Below, one piece after another: positions 8,247 through 16,639 of a DNA stretch of 57,405 nucleotides. The DNA lies in IMG/VR virus record IMGVR_UViG_3300036834_000217, positions 1-57,405 of that record; one strand, 5' to 3'. Below the pieces are notes generated by a model. The model was not told where the DNA came from and made no database searches. It saw nothing but the letters and a program-made list of their open reading frames with translations. The position numbers and the translations under genes were made by a program. The DNA comes from a virus. Its lineage: Duplodnaviria > Caudoviricetes. Numbering within the stretch: position 1 is the stretch's first letter; the number at the start of each line of letters is the position of its first letter.

Positions 8247-8454
8247 TCGCTCTCTTCCTTCGATACTCTCAGTTTACACGGCTCGCTCAGCTTCACCGGT
8301 ACTCTCCCTTCGATACGGCTCGCTCGGTTATGTCGGCACTCTCGATTCGATCGGCTCGCTCCCTATTTACGGTACGCTCCCTTTGATACGGCTCGCTCCG
8401 CGATCTCGGTACTTTCCAGCTTATCGGCTCGCTTGTCCGGTTTTCGGTACTCTG
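8247..8454 (-). repeat. TIGR-like dual-repeat array 4 (5 units plus a partial)
   Basis: Loop-type motifs at 8261, 8297, 8334, 8370, 8407, 8445; edge-type at 8279, 8316, 8352, 8389, 8425. Confidence 0.9.
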
Positions 8455-8455
8455 A

Positions 8456-8980
8456 TTATACCGACAGCTCCGCCAGCATGTTCGTCACCGCCGAGAATGC
8501 CGCCTCGGCGCGGTCCCCGCGCCTCAGGCCGAGTACCCGGCGGACGTAGCTCCTGAGTCTGTCCCGCGCTCCCTTCGCGTTTGCCAGGACCTGGTCCACT
8601 AGGATGCCAGCGTCCCCCTTGTCGAGTACCAGCTCGACCACGGCCCGCGCGTCGACGGGCAGCTCCCGTATCAGCTCGGCTAGTAGCAGGCTCCGATCGG
8701 GGGGCGGCCCCGACTGGTCGGACAGGTCGATGCTCAGCTCGACCTGGTACTCGCTGGAGGGGGGAGTCCCCCTCCTGAGCCTCGGGACTGCGGAGCACAT
8801 CGCCCGGTAGACTCCGGTCGTGACGAACGTGTCGAGCGACGCCAGGTGAGGGTCGTAGCTCCCCGCGGCCTGTGCCTTCCACTGCGCTATCCGGGCCTCC
8901 TGGAGGAGGTCGTCTAGCTCGACGCCGCTCGTCCGGGCGAACTCGTGGGCGTACTTGAGTACGGCGGGGTGATCCTTCAT
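8456..8980 (-). CDS. Sigma-70-family (ECF-sized) RNA polymerase sigma factor-like protein
   Basis: Region-2-like 'ELDDLLQEARIAQWKA...YDP..ASLDTFV' and 'LIRELPVDARAVVEL'; ATG at 8980 after GGGAGAG. Confidence 0.7.
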   Translation of the reverse strand: MKDHPAVLKYAHEFARTSGVELDDLLQEARIAQWKAQAAGSYDPHLASLDTFVTTGVYRAMCSAVPRLRRGTPPSSEYQVELSIDLSDQSGPPPDRSLLLAELIRELPVDARAVVELVLDKGDAGILVDQVLANAKGARDRLRSYVRRVLGLRRGDRAEAAFSAVTNMLAELSV

Positions 8981-9168
8981 GATTGTTCTCTCCCATTGAT
9001 TGTAGTGGTCCTGGTCTCCGCCTCCGGCGGCACGCCCTCGAAGCGGGCGGACCGCCGCGCGACCGCGAGCGCCAGCTCCTCGGTCGATGCCGCAACCTTG
9101 ACGACCGTGGTGCGGGTCAGGCCTGAGTCCGGCATGCCCCACGTCACGCGGACGTCGAAGTTCCTCAC
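8977..9168 (-). CDS. Hypothetical protein
   Basis: 63-aa ORF translationally coupled within the leftward operon. Confidence 0.5.
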   Translation of the reverse strand: MRNFDVRVTWGMPDSGLTRTTVVKVAASTEELALAVARRSARFEGVPPEAETRTTTINGREQS

Positions 9169-9506
9169 TTTCGTTCCTCGGCCGCCGGATCATCGGGCTG
9201 GTTAGAGTCGTCGAACGAGAACTTGGTCGGCTCCCGGTCGTGGTACCTGGCGAATACGACCACGTCGGTGGGCGCTACCTCCTGCGTGGCCCTTCGATCC
9301 CACGTCCTGTGATAGAAGTCGGGCGGGCCCCAGACCGCGACCGCCGAGTGATACTCCTCGCCGCGGAACCCGACGAAGTGGGTGGCCGGCTCCGCGTCGG
9401 CGAACAGGAGGTCTACGGGTCGCGCCCGCAGGCGCGGGCACCTCTCGTCGCAGTGTGCCGGGTGCGGGCAGTCGCCGCCCGCGGGGCATATCGAGGCGTC
9501 ACTCAT
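9165..9506 (-). CDS. Hypothetical protein
   Basis: ATG 9506 overlaps the upstream stop; 'HFVGFRGEEY..AV.VWG.PDF.HR.WD.R' looks like a conserved phage domain. Confidence 0.6.
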   Translation of the reverse strand: MSDASICPAGGDCPHPAHCDERCPRLRARPVDLLFADAEPATHFVGFRGEEYHSAVAVWGPPDFYHRTWDRRATQEVAPTDVVVFARYHDREPTKFSFDDSNQPDDPAAEERK

Positions 9507-9814
9507 CTTACTGATTTCCCTTCCCACCTGATAATCCACTCGTCCCACTTCTCGGGGTCCAGGAGGGCGAACCTCCCGGACGCGCAGACTGCGTAGAGGC
9601 ACCCGCCGTCGTCCGGCGCGAGCCCCCGCGCGAACCGGACGGCCCACGGGAACACCGTGAACCGCGTCTCCCGGCGCCCGTTCCTCAGCTCGATCACCGA
9701 GAAGTGGGCCGCGCGGTCGAACGCGACTGCGTCCCAGTCCGACCGGGACCTCCCGAAGTCGTGCTCGGAGCCACCCCGCGGGGTGACGAGTGGCTGCTGC
9801 TTGCTGATAGGCAT
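9503..9814 (-). CDS. Hypothetical protein (first gene of the leftward operon)
   Basis: ATG 9814 downstream of GGAGG and a sigma70-like promoter. Confidence 0.55.
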   Translation of the reverse strand: MPISKQQPLVTPRGGSEHDFGRSRSDWDAVAFDRAAHFSVIELRNGRRETRFTVFPWAVRFARGLAPDDGGCLYAVCASGRFALLDPEKWDEWIIRWEGKSVR

Positions 9815-9855
9815 GACGTTAAATACTTCCTCCCGAGGTCGCCCGTATTGCCCAT

Positions 9856-9884
9856 ACCATATGCGATCTTTCGAAAAATCGCAA
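9856..9884 (-). promoter_or_regulatory. Sigma70-like leftward promoter driving the sigma/TasA/array operon
   Basis: TTGCGA-N17-TATGGT on the minus strand in an AT-rich intergenic region. Confidence 0.55.
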
Positions 9885-9917
9885 AGGAAAAAATGCGATC
9901 TTTCGAAAAAAATTCTC

Positions 9918-9946
9918 TTGCGGTTTTTCGCAAAGAGGCGCATATT
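9918..9946 (+). promoter_or_regulatory. Sigma70-like rightward promoter
   Basis: TTGCGG-N17-CATATT; near-identical to the promoter at 48926-48954 (-). Confidence 0.65.
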
Positions 9947-10176
9947 CCCCTCGTCGACTACGAGAGGAGATCGAGGAAATGACCAACTGGCCTACGCGCG
10001 GAGGGCGAGGATCGTCGACGGTGATGACGGGAGGGTCTACGTCCTGGAGCTGTCCTACCCGGGCCACCTCTGCGTGATGAGGGGAACGATGGACTACCAG
10101 CATGAGCTCATCTTCGAGCGCGAGCAGCCGAAGCGCCATGCCGATCTTATGATGCTGTTCGTAGAGGAGTGAGCGG

Positions 10177-11187
10177 ATGTCTAACAACGTATTGAGACTA
10201 ATATCGAAGCTACTGGCCGTCCGGGAGTCGCGAGGCGCCACCGAGGCGGAGGCGTCCCTGGCCGCCGAGCGTATCCAAGACCTTCTCCAGAAGCACAACC
10301 TGACCCTCGCCCAGGTAGAGGCCGCGGGCGGGGAGTCCGACGGAGACGTCAGGCGCGAGAAGCGTGATACCGGCCGGCGAGCCATGTACAACTACCAGCG
10401 CGCACTCCTCGCGGCCCTGGCCGATAATAACTTTTGCATCCACCGGGTGGCGAGTTCCTTCGTGCCCGACGACAGCCACGGCCGCAAGACGACTAAGCTG
10501 ATCAACGGCGAGCACGTTACCGGCTACTACGAGAAGCGCCACGTGCTGGTGGGCCGCGCCATGAACGTCCGGGTCACCCAGGATACGTACGACTACCTGC
10601 TCCAGGCCATGCGCCGCGCGGCGGACGAGGCCGGGCACGCCGGCGGGATGCGCCGGACCAAGAGTGACTTCTACGACGGCTGCGTCAGTAGACTGACCGA
10701 GCGCCTGGCGGAGAAGGTGATCCAGGCCAAGAAGGAGAGCGAGCGGGCCGCGCGGGGCAACGGCACTCACAAGGAGCTGGCCCTGTCCGACGTGTACGGT
10801 ACCGAGGCGGACCTGAACAACGACTTCCTGAACAGCTTCCCGAGGGGCACCACCGCCGCGAGGCGTCGCCAGGATGAGGAGCGGAAGGCGCGCATCGATG
10901 CCGAGAGGAATCGACTAGTCGCCGAGGGGTTGGGCCAGGTCGAGGCGTGGTACCGCGCCCACGGCTACGGCGAGGAGCGCGCGACCGAGCTGGCCAACAA
11001 CTGGGAGCGTCAGCAACGGCGTGCCAGGACTGGACGCGGCCGCAGCCAGCGCTGGACGACTGGTGACCACGACCGGCTCCGCAAGGTGAACTCCGCCGAG
11101 TACAAGGCCGGTCGGAGTGCGGGCGGGAAGATCGGACTCGACTCCCAGGTGGGCGCGGGGTCCGCGAAGAAGATCGGGAGGTCGTGA
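10177..11187 (+). CDS. DUF2786-domain protein
   Basis: N-terminal 'ISKLLA......TEAEASLAAERIQDLLQKHNL' helical hairpin. Confidence 0.75.
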   Translation: MSNNVLRLISKLLAVRESRGATEAEASLAAERIQDLLQKHNLTLAQVEAAGGESDGDVRREKRDTGRRAMYNYQRALLAALADNNFCIHRVASSFVPDDSHGRKTTKLINGEHVTGYYEKRHVLVGRAMNVRVTQDTYDYLLQAMRRAADEAGHAGGMRRTKSDFYDGCVSRLTERLAEKVIQAKKESERAARGNGTHKELALSDVYGTEADLNNDFLNSFPRGTTAARRRQDEERKARIDAERNRLVAEGLGQVEAWYRAHGYGEERATELANNWERQQRRARTGRGRSQRWTTGDHDRLRKVNSAEYKAGRSAGGKIGLDSQVGAGSAKKIGRS

Positions 11188-11363
11188 TGAGAGCAATCAC
11201 CAACGACGACCTGTGGTCCGCGATCCGCGGCCTGGGCCTGTTCTCTAAGATGAGACACGAGCTGAACGAGATCCGCGATCGCCACGCCTCTAATCCGCTG
11301 TTCGCCAGCCAGGTGATCGCGGAGGCCGCGAGGCAGGTGATCGCAGTTAAGTGGAGGCGATGA
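11187..11363 (+). CDS. Small hypothetical protein (58 aa, MRAITNDDLW...)
   Basis: Read manually; coupled start/stop overlaps at both ends. Confidence 0.5.
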   Translation: MRAITNDDLWSAIRGLGLFSKMRHELNEIRDRHASNPLFASQVIAEAARQVIAVKWRR

Positions 11364-11806
11364 TGAACCTCCACCCAATCCTGCCCGGGGGCTGGTGCGT
11401 CCCCTCGGCCATCCAGTGCCTGACCGGCGCCGACTACGAGAGCGTGATTCACCCGGCGATTAACCGGCACGCGACGCGTCTGCGGCGCGAGACGCCAGAC
11501 CTGCTCGACCTGGTGGTGGGAACGGACGTGGAATACGTGGCTCGCGCCGTCCTGGAGGAGATGGGCTGCGACGTCCGGCAATACAGGGGGATCGTGATTC
11601 CCCTCCACTCCCAGATTAGGACGTGGGCGAAGTATAGCCTGGAGAAGTATCATAGCCGGGCGCTGCTGGTTACGGTCAGGGGCCACGCCCTGGTGATCAA
11701 GGACGGGCGCGTCTACGACACCCACGCGCCCCACGGCGCACCGGGGGACGAGCATCCCCACGCGCGCTGCCGGGTCACCTGGTGCGCGCTCGTCGAGCGG
11801 CACTAG
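11360..11806 (+). CDS. Hypothetical protein (possible papain-like Cys/His fold)
   Basis: 'WCVPSAI..LTG.DY' and 'GHALVIKDGRVYD'. Confidence 0.55.
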   Translation: MMNLHPILPGGWCVPSAIQCLTGADYESVIHPAINRHATRLRRETPDLLDLVVGTDVEYVARAVLEEMGCDVRQYRGIVIPLHSQIRTWAKYSLEKYHSRALLVTVRGHALVIKDGRVYDTHAPHGAPGDEHPHARCRVTWCALVERH

Positions 11807-12577
11807 GTGTCCCAGGCAGAGGCCAAGGGCAGGCTACGCCGGTTCCGGGCGCACGTCGTGGGCTCGGCGGACCGGACCCGCGCCCAGCTCAAGCGCGAGT
11901 CCCTGGTGTCCGACGTCCTCTCGCTCTCCCTGAGGGGCACGGAGAAGGGGCGTCAGCGAGCGGCCAGGCGGGTGCGCTCCGCCCTCCCCGGCGTGTTCGA
12001 CTGGAGGAATCTGCCGGCGGGGCTGCTTGGTGCCCTCCTCCTGGACGCCAGCGACCCCATCATCAAGGAGCCGAGGGATGCCGGGCAGACTCAGCCATCG
12101 GTGATCGTGACGTACGTGGTCCTAGGAACGAGGAGGACGATGACGTCGACCGGGCTGTGGACCCTGGAGGTGCCGATTCACGCCCTCCTGCGAGCGATCG
12201 AGCGCGACCCGGGCGGCGACGTCGGGGTCAAGGTCCGGGATGCCCATCGCGCTCTCCTCGGTGCGGGGTCCGCCCCGCCGCCGCCGATCGGTCCGGAGTT
12301 CCTGATCCCCACGTCGGGCCCCGGCGCGTTCCTAGTCGAGTGGGTACCGGCCGTGTGCCGGCCTGGCGGGGCACTGATATACGCTCGCGCTCGCACGTGG
12401 CTCCACGACGACCAGCTGTACGAGGAGCAGTCCCAGCGCGCGCTCCGACCGGCGGCGCCGGGCGAGGCCACGATGCTCGCGTCGGGACTGCTCCTGCCGC
12501 TGGTACTCCGCGAGGACGCTGCGCCCGCGCAGGGGCCAGCTGCGCCCGCTGACCGGGTCGGGGACGATGCTCGGTAG
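11807..12577 (+). CDS. Hypothetical protein
   Basis: 256-aa ORF filling the gap up to the primase. Confidence 0.5.
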   Translation: MSQAEAKGRLRRFRAHVVGSADRTRAQLKRESLVSDVLSLSLRGTEKGRQRAARRVRSALPGVFDWRNLPAGLLGALLLDASDPIIKEPRDAGQTQPSVIVTYVVLGTRRTMTSTGLWTLEVPIHALLRAIERDPGGDVGVKVRDAHRALLGAGSAPPPPIGPEFLIPTSGPGAFLVEWVPAVCRPGGALIYARARTWLHDDQLYEEQSQRALRPAAPGEATMLASGLLLPLVLREDAAPAQGPAAPADRVGDDAR

Positions 12578-13508
12578 GGCAGCTCCCTCACGCGCACCTG
12601 CGGCCTCCCTGGAGGACATCTACCGCCGGTACGGGGTACCGCACCGGGTCGACCACAGGGGACGGTGGGTAGAGACCCATTGCCCGTACTGCGCCGGCAG
12701 CTCCGACTACCACCTGGGCTGGAACGTCGAGCAGGCATACTACAACTGCTTCCGGTGCGGCTGGCACCCCGCCGCGGAGACGCTGGAGAGGCTGCTCGGC
12801 GTCCGTCGGGGCGAGGCGATCGGCCTGGCGACGTCGCTGAGGGTCGGGGGTCCGCCGAGGTCGCGGGCGAGAGCCCCGGAGCCTCGGGTGAGGATCTCCC
12901 GGTACAGGCGCCCGAGCGACGTGGGGCCAATGCGACCCCACCACCTGCGCTACCTGGAGCGCCGCGGGTTCGACTCGGACCTGATCGAGCGCGAGTGGGG
13001 GGTGCTCGGTACCGGACCGTGCGCGTACCTCGACGGGATCGACTACCGGTTCCGGCTGCTCATACCGGTGGTGTGGGACGGGAGGGAGGTGTCCTTCCAG
13101 GCGCGGGACGTGACCGGCAGATCTGACCTGCGCTACGCGTCCTGCCCGGTCGACCGAGAGGTCAGGCACCACAAGCACATCCTCTACGGGCGGCAGGAGC
13201 GGTGGGGTCGGACCGGGATCGTCGTCGAGGGTGTCACCGACGCGTGGAGGTTCGGCCCGGTCGCCTGCGCCACGTTCGGGATCGCGTATACCACCGAGCA
13301 GGTGCGCCTAATCGCGCGGGCGTTCGAGCGGGTGGCGATCGTGTTCGACGCGGAGCGCCAGGCCCAGGAGCGGGCCAGGCGGCTGGCCGCGCAGCTGCAT
13401 CAGCTGGGCAACGAGAGGCCGGTCGTGGTGAGCCTGGGAGAGGGCGTCGACCCGGGCTCGATGGGGCAGGACGACGCGGACCACCTGGTGAGGGAGCTGA
13501 CGAGATGA
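12567..13508 (+). CDS. DNA primase (Zn finger + TOPRIM)
   Basis: CPYC...CFRCG zinc-binding domain; 'VVEGVTDAW', 'IVFDAE', 'DPG' TOPRIM motifs. Confidence 0.85.
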   Translation: MLGRAAPSRAPAASLEDIYRRYGVPHRVDHRGRWVETHCPYCAGSSDYHLGWNVEQAYYNCFRCGWHPAAETLERLLGVRRGEAIGLATSLRVGGPPRSRARAPEPRVRISRYRRPSDVGPMRPHHLRYLERRGFDSDLIEREWGVLGTGPCAYLDGIDYRFRLLIPVVWDGREVSFQARDVTGRSDLRYASCPVDREVRHHKHILYGRQERWGRTGIVVEGVTDAWRFGPVACATFGIAYTTEQVRLIARAFERVAIVFDAERQAQERARRLAAQLHQLGNERPVVVSLGEGVDPGSMGQDDADHLVRELTR

Positions 13509-13849
13509 ATAGTGGTAGTGTCATCGGACTCGGTACTGTCAGCCTAGTCGTCGGCGGCCTCTGTGCCGTCGTGCTATGGCCGGTGCTAGGCCGTCCCTCC
13601 GATCCAGTAGTGAGCCAAATCATGTCCGAGTGGGATGCCACTCATCACCCCGACGTCGCCGAGCGGCAGCCGAGGCCGGACCCGCCTCAGCCGACGAGAG
13701 TATCTCAGTCGGACCCGTCGACGCTGAGGATGTTGTCTCGGCCGCGGATGGAGTATCACCATCGCTACCACAAGCAGAGATACTTCCTGCGCTCCGCCTC
13801 CGGACCAGAGTCCGAGACCCGGCGACTGAATCTAGAGCAGGTGAGATGA
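13505..13849 (+). CDS. Hypothetical membrane-anchored protein
   Basis: ATG overlaps the primase stop; N-terminal hydrophobic helix. Confidence 0.5.
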   Translation: MNSGSVIGLGTVSLVVGGLCAVVLWPVLGRPSDPVVSQIMSEWDATHHPDVAERQPRPDPPQPTRVSQSDPSTLRMLSRPRMEYHHRYHKQRYFLRSASGPESETRRLNLEQVR

Positions 13850-13866
13850 GCGGAATCGGAGGGAAC

Positions 13867-14480
13867 TTGCAAACCCCTCCCGTTTGTGCCTAGCGTATAA
13901 GTGCGAACGGCCCCGAGGGTGTGAGCCCTGGGACCGCTCTCGGATCGATTGTCGGTGCCGACGAGCAAAGGATCCTAGGGCTGAACATATCCCCTCCCGG
14001 GGATGATTGCAAGCCCCGATCTCCCGAAAGTCAGCGCCTCGACAGCCAGTCCGCACATAGTGGGCAACATATGCTTACGCAGCCGCGCACCGGGAACCAA
14101 GACCGGGCAGCTGCACAGTCCACCGTTCAGCCCCGAGGTCGAAGCGGCGTGGGGATACTAGATTGTTGGTTCCCTTAGTGCCTCTCAAGGTTGAAGCGTA
14201 CTCTCAAAAACCGCATCGATGCCTCGCGGAACTGCTGGATTGGAGCCGCGCGGCCAGAGACCGTATGATAGGCGTGCGTAATTCGGAGTGGCCGACCCGT
14301 TCCCCGAGAGTAGGGGGTCGCACAAATCCAGCATGTGAAGGCGAGGCGACGCGCCCATCCTTTACTAGTCCCGCAAACCCTAGCTCAGATTGTAAATGAC
14401 AAGGTTAGTGTCATAAGCAAAAAAAGCTAGGGTTTGCGGTAGTGCATGCTCGGCTTCAGCTAATCGCCCATCTTTGGGCA
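13867..14480 (+). ncRNA. Candidate structured non-coding RNA or replication origin
   Basis: No convincing ORF; promoter-like TTGCAA at 13867; several nested inverted repeats including a perfect 15-bp IR (14371-14385 / 14425-14439). Confidence 0.35.
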
Positions 14481-14605
14481 CACATGGGATTAAGAATTGG
14501 AGTATTGGAGGATTGATTAATCAAATGGGGTTATACATCCCGGTATAATGACTAAAGTACCGGGTTGGTCCCGGGATACTGATGGGAGTAGTGATGGAGG
14601 AGAGA

Positions 14606-14758
14606 ATGCCCAGGGCAGCGGGGTGGGTGATAGCTCTGCTGGTGTCCCTCGTCCTGTGGCTCGTGATCTGGGGACTGGTCGCGACCTGGGTCCCCTCGGC
14701 GCGTCCGGACGTCCCGCGCGTATATTCTCCTGCTGCGGGATCTAGGGAGACCGCTTGA
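14606..14758 (+). CDS. Small membrane protein (50 aa)
   Basis: GGAGG RBS; MPRAAGWVIALLVSLVLWLVIWGLVATW. Confidence 0.45.
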   Translation: MPRAAGWVIALLVSLVLWLVIWGLVATWVPSARPDVPRVYSPAAGSRETA

Positions 14759-14917
14759 TGATTAGGAATTCCTTCAGAGTGTTTGTAGCCATTACTGTCC
14801 TCGTGGGGTTATGCATAGTCGGCGCCTTCATAGTGCTGATCGTACTCATTATGGTATTGGCGCACGCGTAATGCCGACCCCGGGGTTCGGGACGGCGGGA
14901 TCTAGGGAGGCCACCCG

Positions 14918-15127
14918 GTGATCAGGGATTCCTTCAACGCAACCATCTGCAGGACGATCGAGTCGTACTGGGCCGCGCGCGGCTACCCCGTCGCCGCCAG
15001 GTACGAGCCGGGATTCGGGCGCTGCCCGGACGGGCTGCCGATCGGCAGGATCGTCACCAACCTGAGACCCGGGGCCCTGCCGCCCCACCCAACCCAGGCC
15101 GACGCGACCCAGCGGAGGGCCGTCTGA
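14918..15127 (+). CDS. Hypothetical protein
   Basis: GGGAGG RBS; 'IESYWAARGY...IVTNL..G.LP'. Confidence 0.5.
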   Translation: MIRDSFNATICRTIESYWAARGYPVAARYEPGFGRCPDGLPIGRIVTNLRPGALPPHPTQADATQRRAV

Positions 15128-15173
15128 TGGGCGTCGCCCTCGCGACGCGGAGGGAGGGACGGGGCGCCGGGTC

Positions 15174-15869
15174 GTGCTCGTCATAGAGTCGTTTCCGCGC
15201 CGCCGGACCACCAGGCGCCCGGGGCACCGGACCGAGCACTTCGCGTCGCGCAGGCGCGTCCGAGAGGCGTTCGATGCCTTCTGGGAGGCGTACCCGTCAC
15301 GCCATCCCCACTCGAACCCGAAGCACCCGGCGCAGGTGAAGTTCGAGACCAAGGTCATCAGGCGAGGAGTCGACCCGGCCGACATCATCCGGGGCGCCAG
15401 GAACTACGCATCCTACGTCTCGGCCCACGTTCGCGACCCGCGCCTCGTGGCCATGGCGCAGACCTGGCTGTACCAGGAGCGATGGACGGATCACCAGGAG
15501 GAGTTCGCCCCACCGCCCACGACGGACGAGGTCGTCTCCAGCGTATTCAACGGCAGCGCGGTGCTCGCCGCCTCGTTCCGCTCGGACGTCCTCGTCCGAG
15601 CGCGCAAGCTGGACATGGGACGCGTGTCCGAGCCGGACCTGGCCGCTCGCCTAGGAGAGCTGTACCAGGCGCTCCGCGCAGAGCGAGCCCCCGGCTCGGA
15701 CACGCCCGGTTCCCTCGACCTCCTGGGCCGGTATGTTGATTGGCTGTCGGAGAAGGATTGGCGGATGACCCCTCGGGTGCTCGGGATGGACAGCCCGGCG
15801 TTCGCGCAGTTCCGCCGCGAGGAGGCGTCTCGGCACCCGCACGGCGTCGACCCGCTGACCGGGAGGTAG
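15174..15869 (+). CDS. Replication-initiator-like protein
   Basis: 'FDAFWEAYP...K..A' and 'AQTWL.QERW.D' motifs seen in phage replication organiser C-terminal domains; lies between primase and helicase. Confidence 0.55.
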   Translation: MLVIESFPRRRTTRRPGHRTEHFASRRRVREAFDAFWEAYPSRHPHSNPKHPAQVKFETKVIRRGVDPADIIRGARNYASYVSAHVRDPRLVAMAQTWLYQERWTDHQEEFAPPPTTDEVVSSVFNGSAVLAASFRSDVLVRARKLDMGRVSEPDLAARLGELYQALRAERAPGSDTPGSLDLLGRYVDWLSEKDWRMTPRVLGMDSPAFAQFRREEASRHPHGVDPLTGR

Positions 15870-16237
15870 CAATGGAAGGAACTAGACGTTGCCAGAGAAT
15901 GAATTGAACTCCTACGCCGAGGCCGCGAGCGTCCCGCGCCAGTTCGTGGTCTCGGGGCACGACCTCTACTGGATGAGGCAGTACCTCAGGCTGGCGAGGG
16001 ACTGCGCCGAGCGCGGCCTCCACCTGCTCGACCTCGTCGAGGGCAGGCGCGGAGACGAGCGATGATCTGGCTCGCGAACGGGATCATATATGGCCTGATA
16101 TTGTGGGCGTGCGTCGAGCTGTTGATCAACAGGTGAGTCCCATGATCGAGATCGGTCCAAATCTTTATCATATTTTGATGGCGATAGGTAGTATCGTCAT
16201 GATTCTAGGTATTCTCTGGATCAACAGGTGACGGGAA

Positions 16238-16630
16238 ATGAGCAGGTCTGGGTACACCGAGGAGTGCTACAGCGAGTGGGATCTGATCCGCTGGCGCGGC
16301 GCGGTCAGGAGCGCGATCCGAGGCAGGAGAGGTCAGGCATTCCTCCTGGAGATGTTGTGGTCCCTAGACGAGATGCCCGCGAGGCGCCTGATCGAGGGCG
16401 CGCTGATGGAGGGAGGCGAGATCTGCGCCCTTGGTGCGGTCGCCGCCCACCGCGGCACGGACGTGTCCGGGGTCGACCCCGAGGACCGGGAGACCGTCGC
16501 GGCGACGTTTGGGATAGCGCTCGCCATGGCCGCGGAGATCATGTACGAGAACGACAAGTTATCTGGCGAGACGCCCGAGCAACGCTGGTACCGCATGAGG
16601 CGCTGGGTAGAGGCGAAGATCGTCGAGTGA
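16238..16630 (+). CDS. Conserved hypothetical phage protein
   Basis: MSRSGY...RWRGAV.SAIRG.RGQAFL...CALG...EIMYEND...ETPEQRW.RMR.WV. Confidence 0.7.
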   Translation: MSRSGYTEECYSEWDLIRWRGAVRSAIRGRRGQAFLLEMLWSLDEMPARRLIEGALMEGGEICALGAVAAHRGTDVSGVDPEDRETVAATFGIALAMAAEIMYENDKLSGETPEQRWYRMRRWVEAKIVE

Positions 16631-16639
16631 TCTAGCGAG

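Noticed and set aside
6227-8454. CRISPR arrays
   Set aside because: Repeats are ~10 nt and alternate between two types with 8-9 nt spacers; no cas genes. CRISPR repeats and spacers are much longer.
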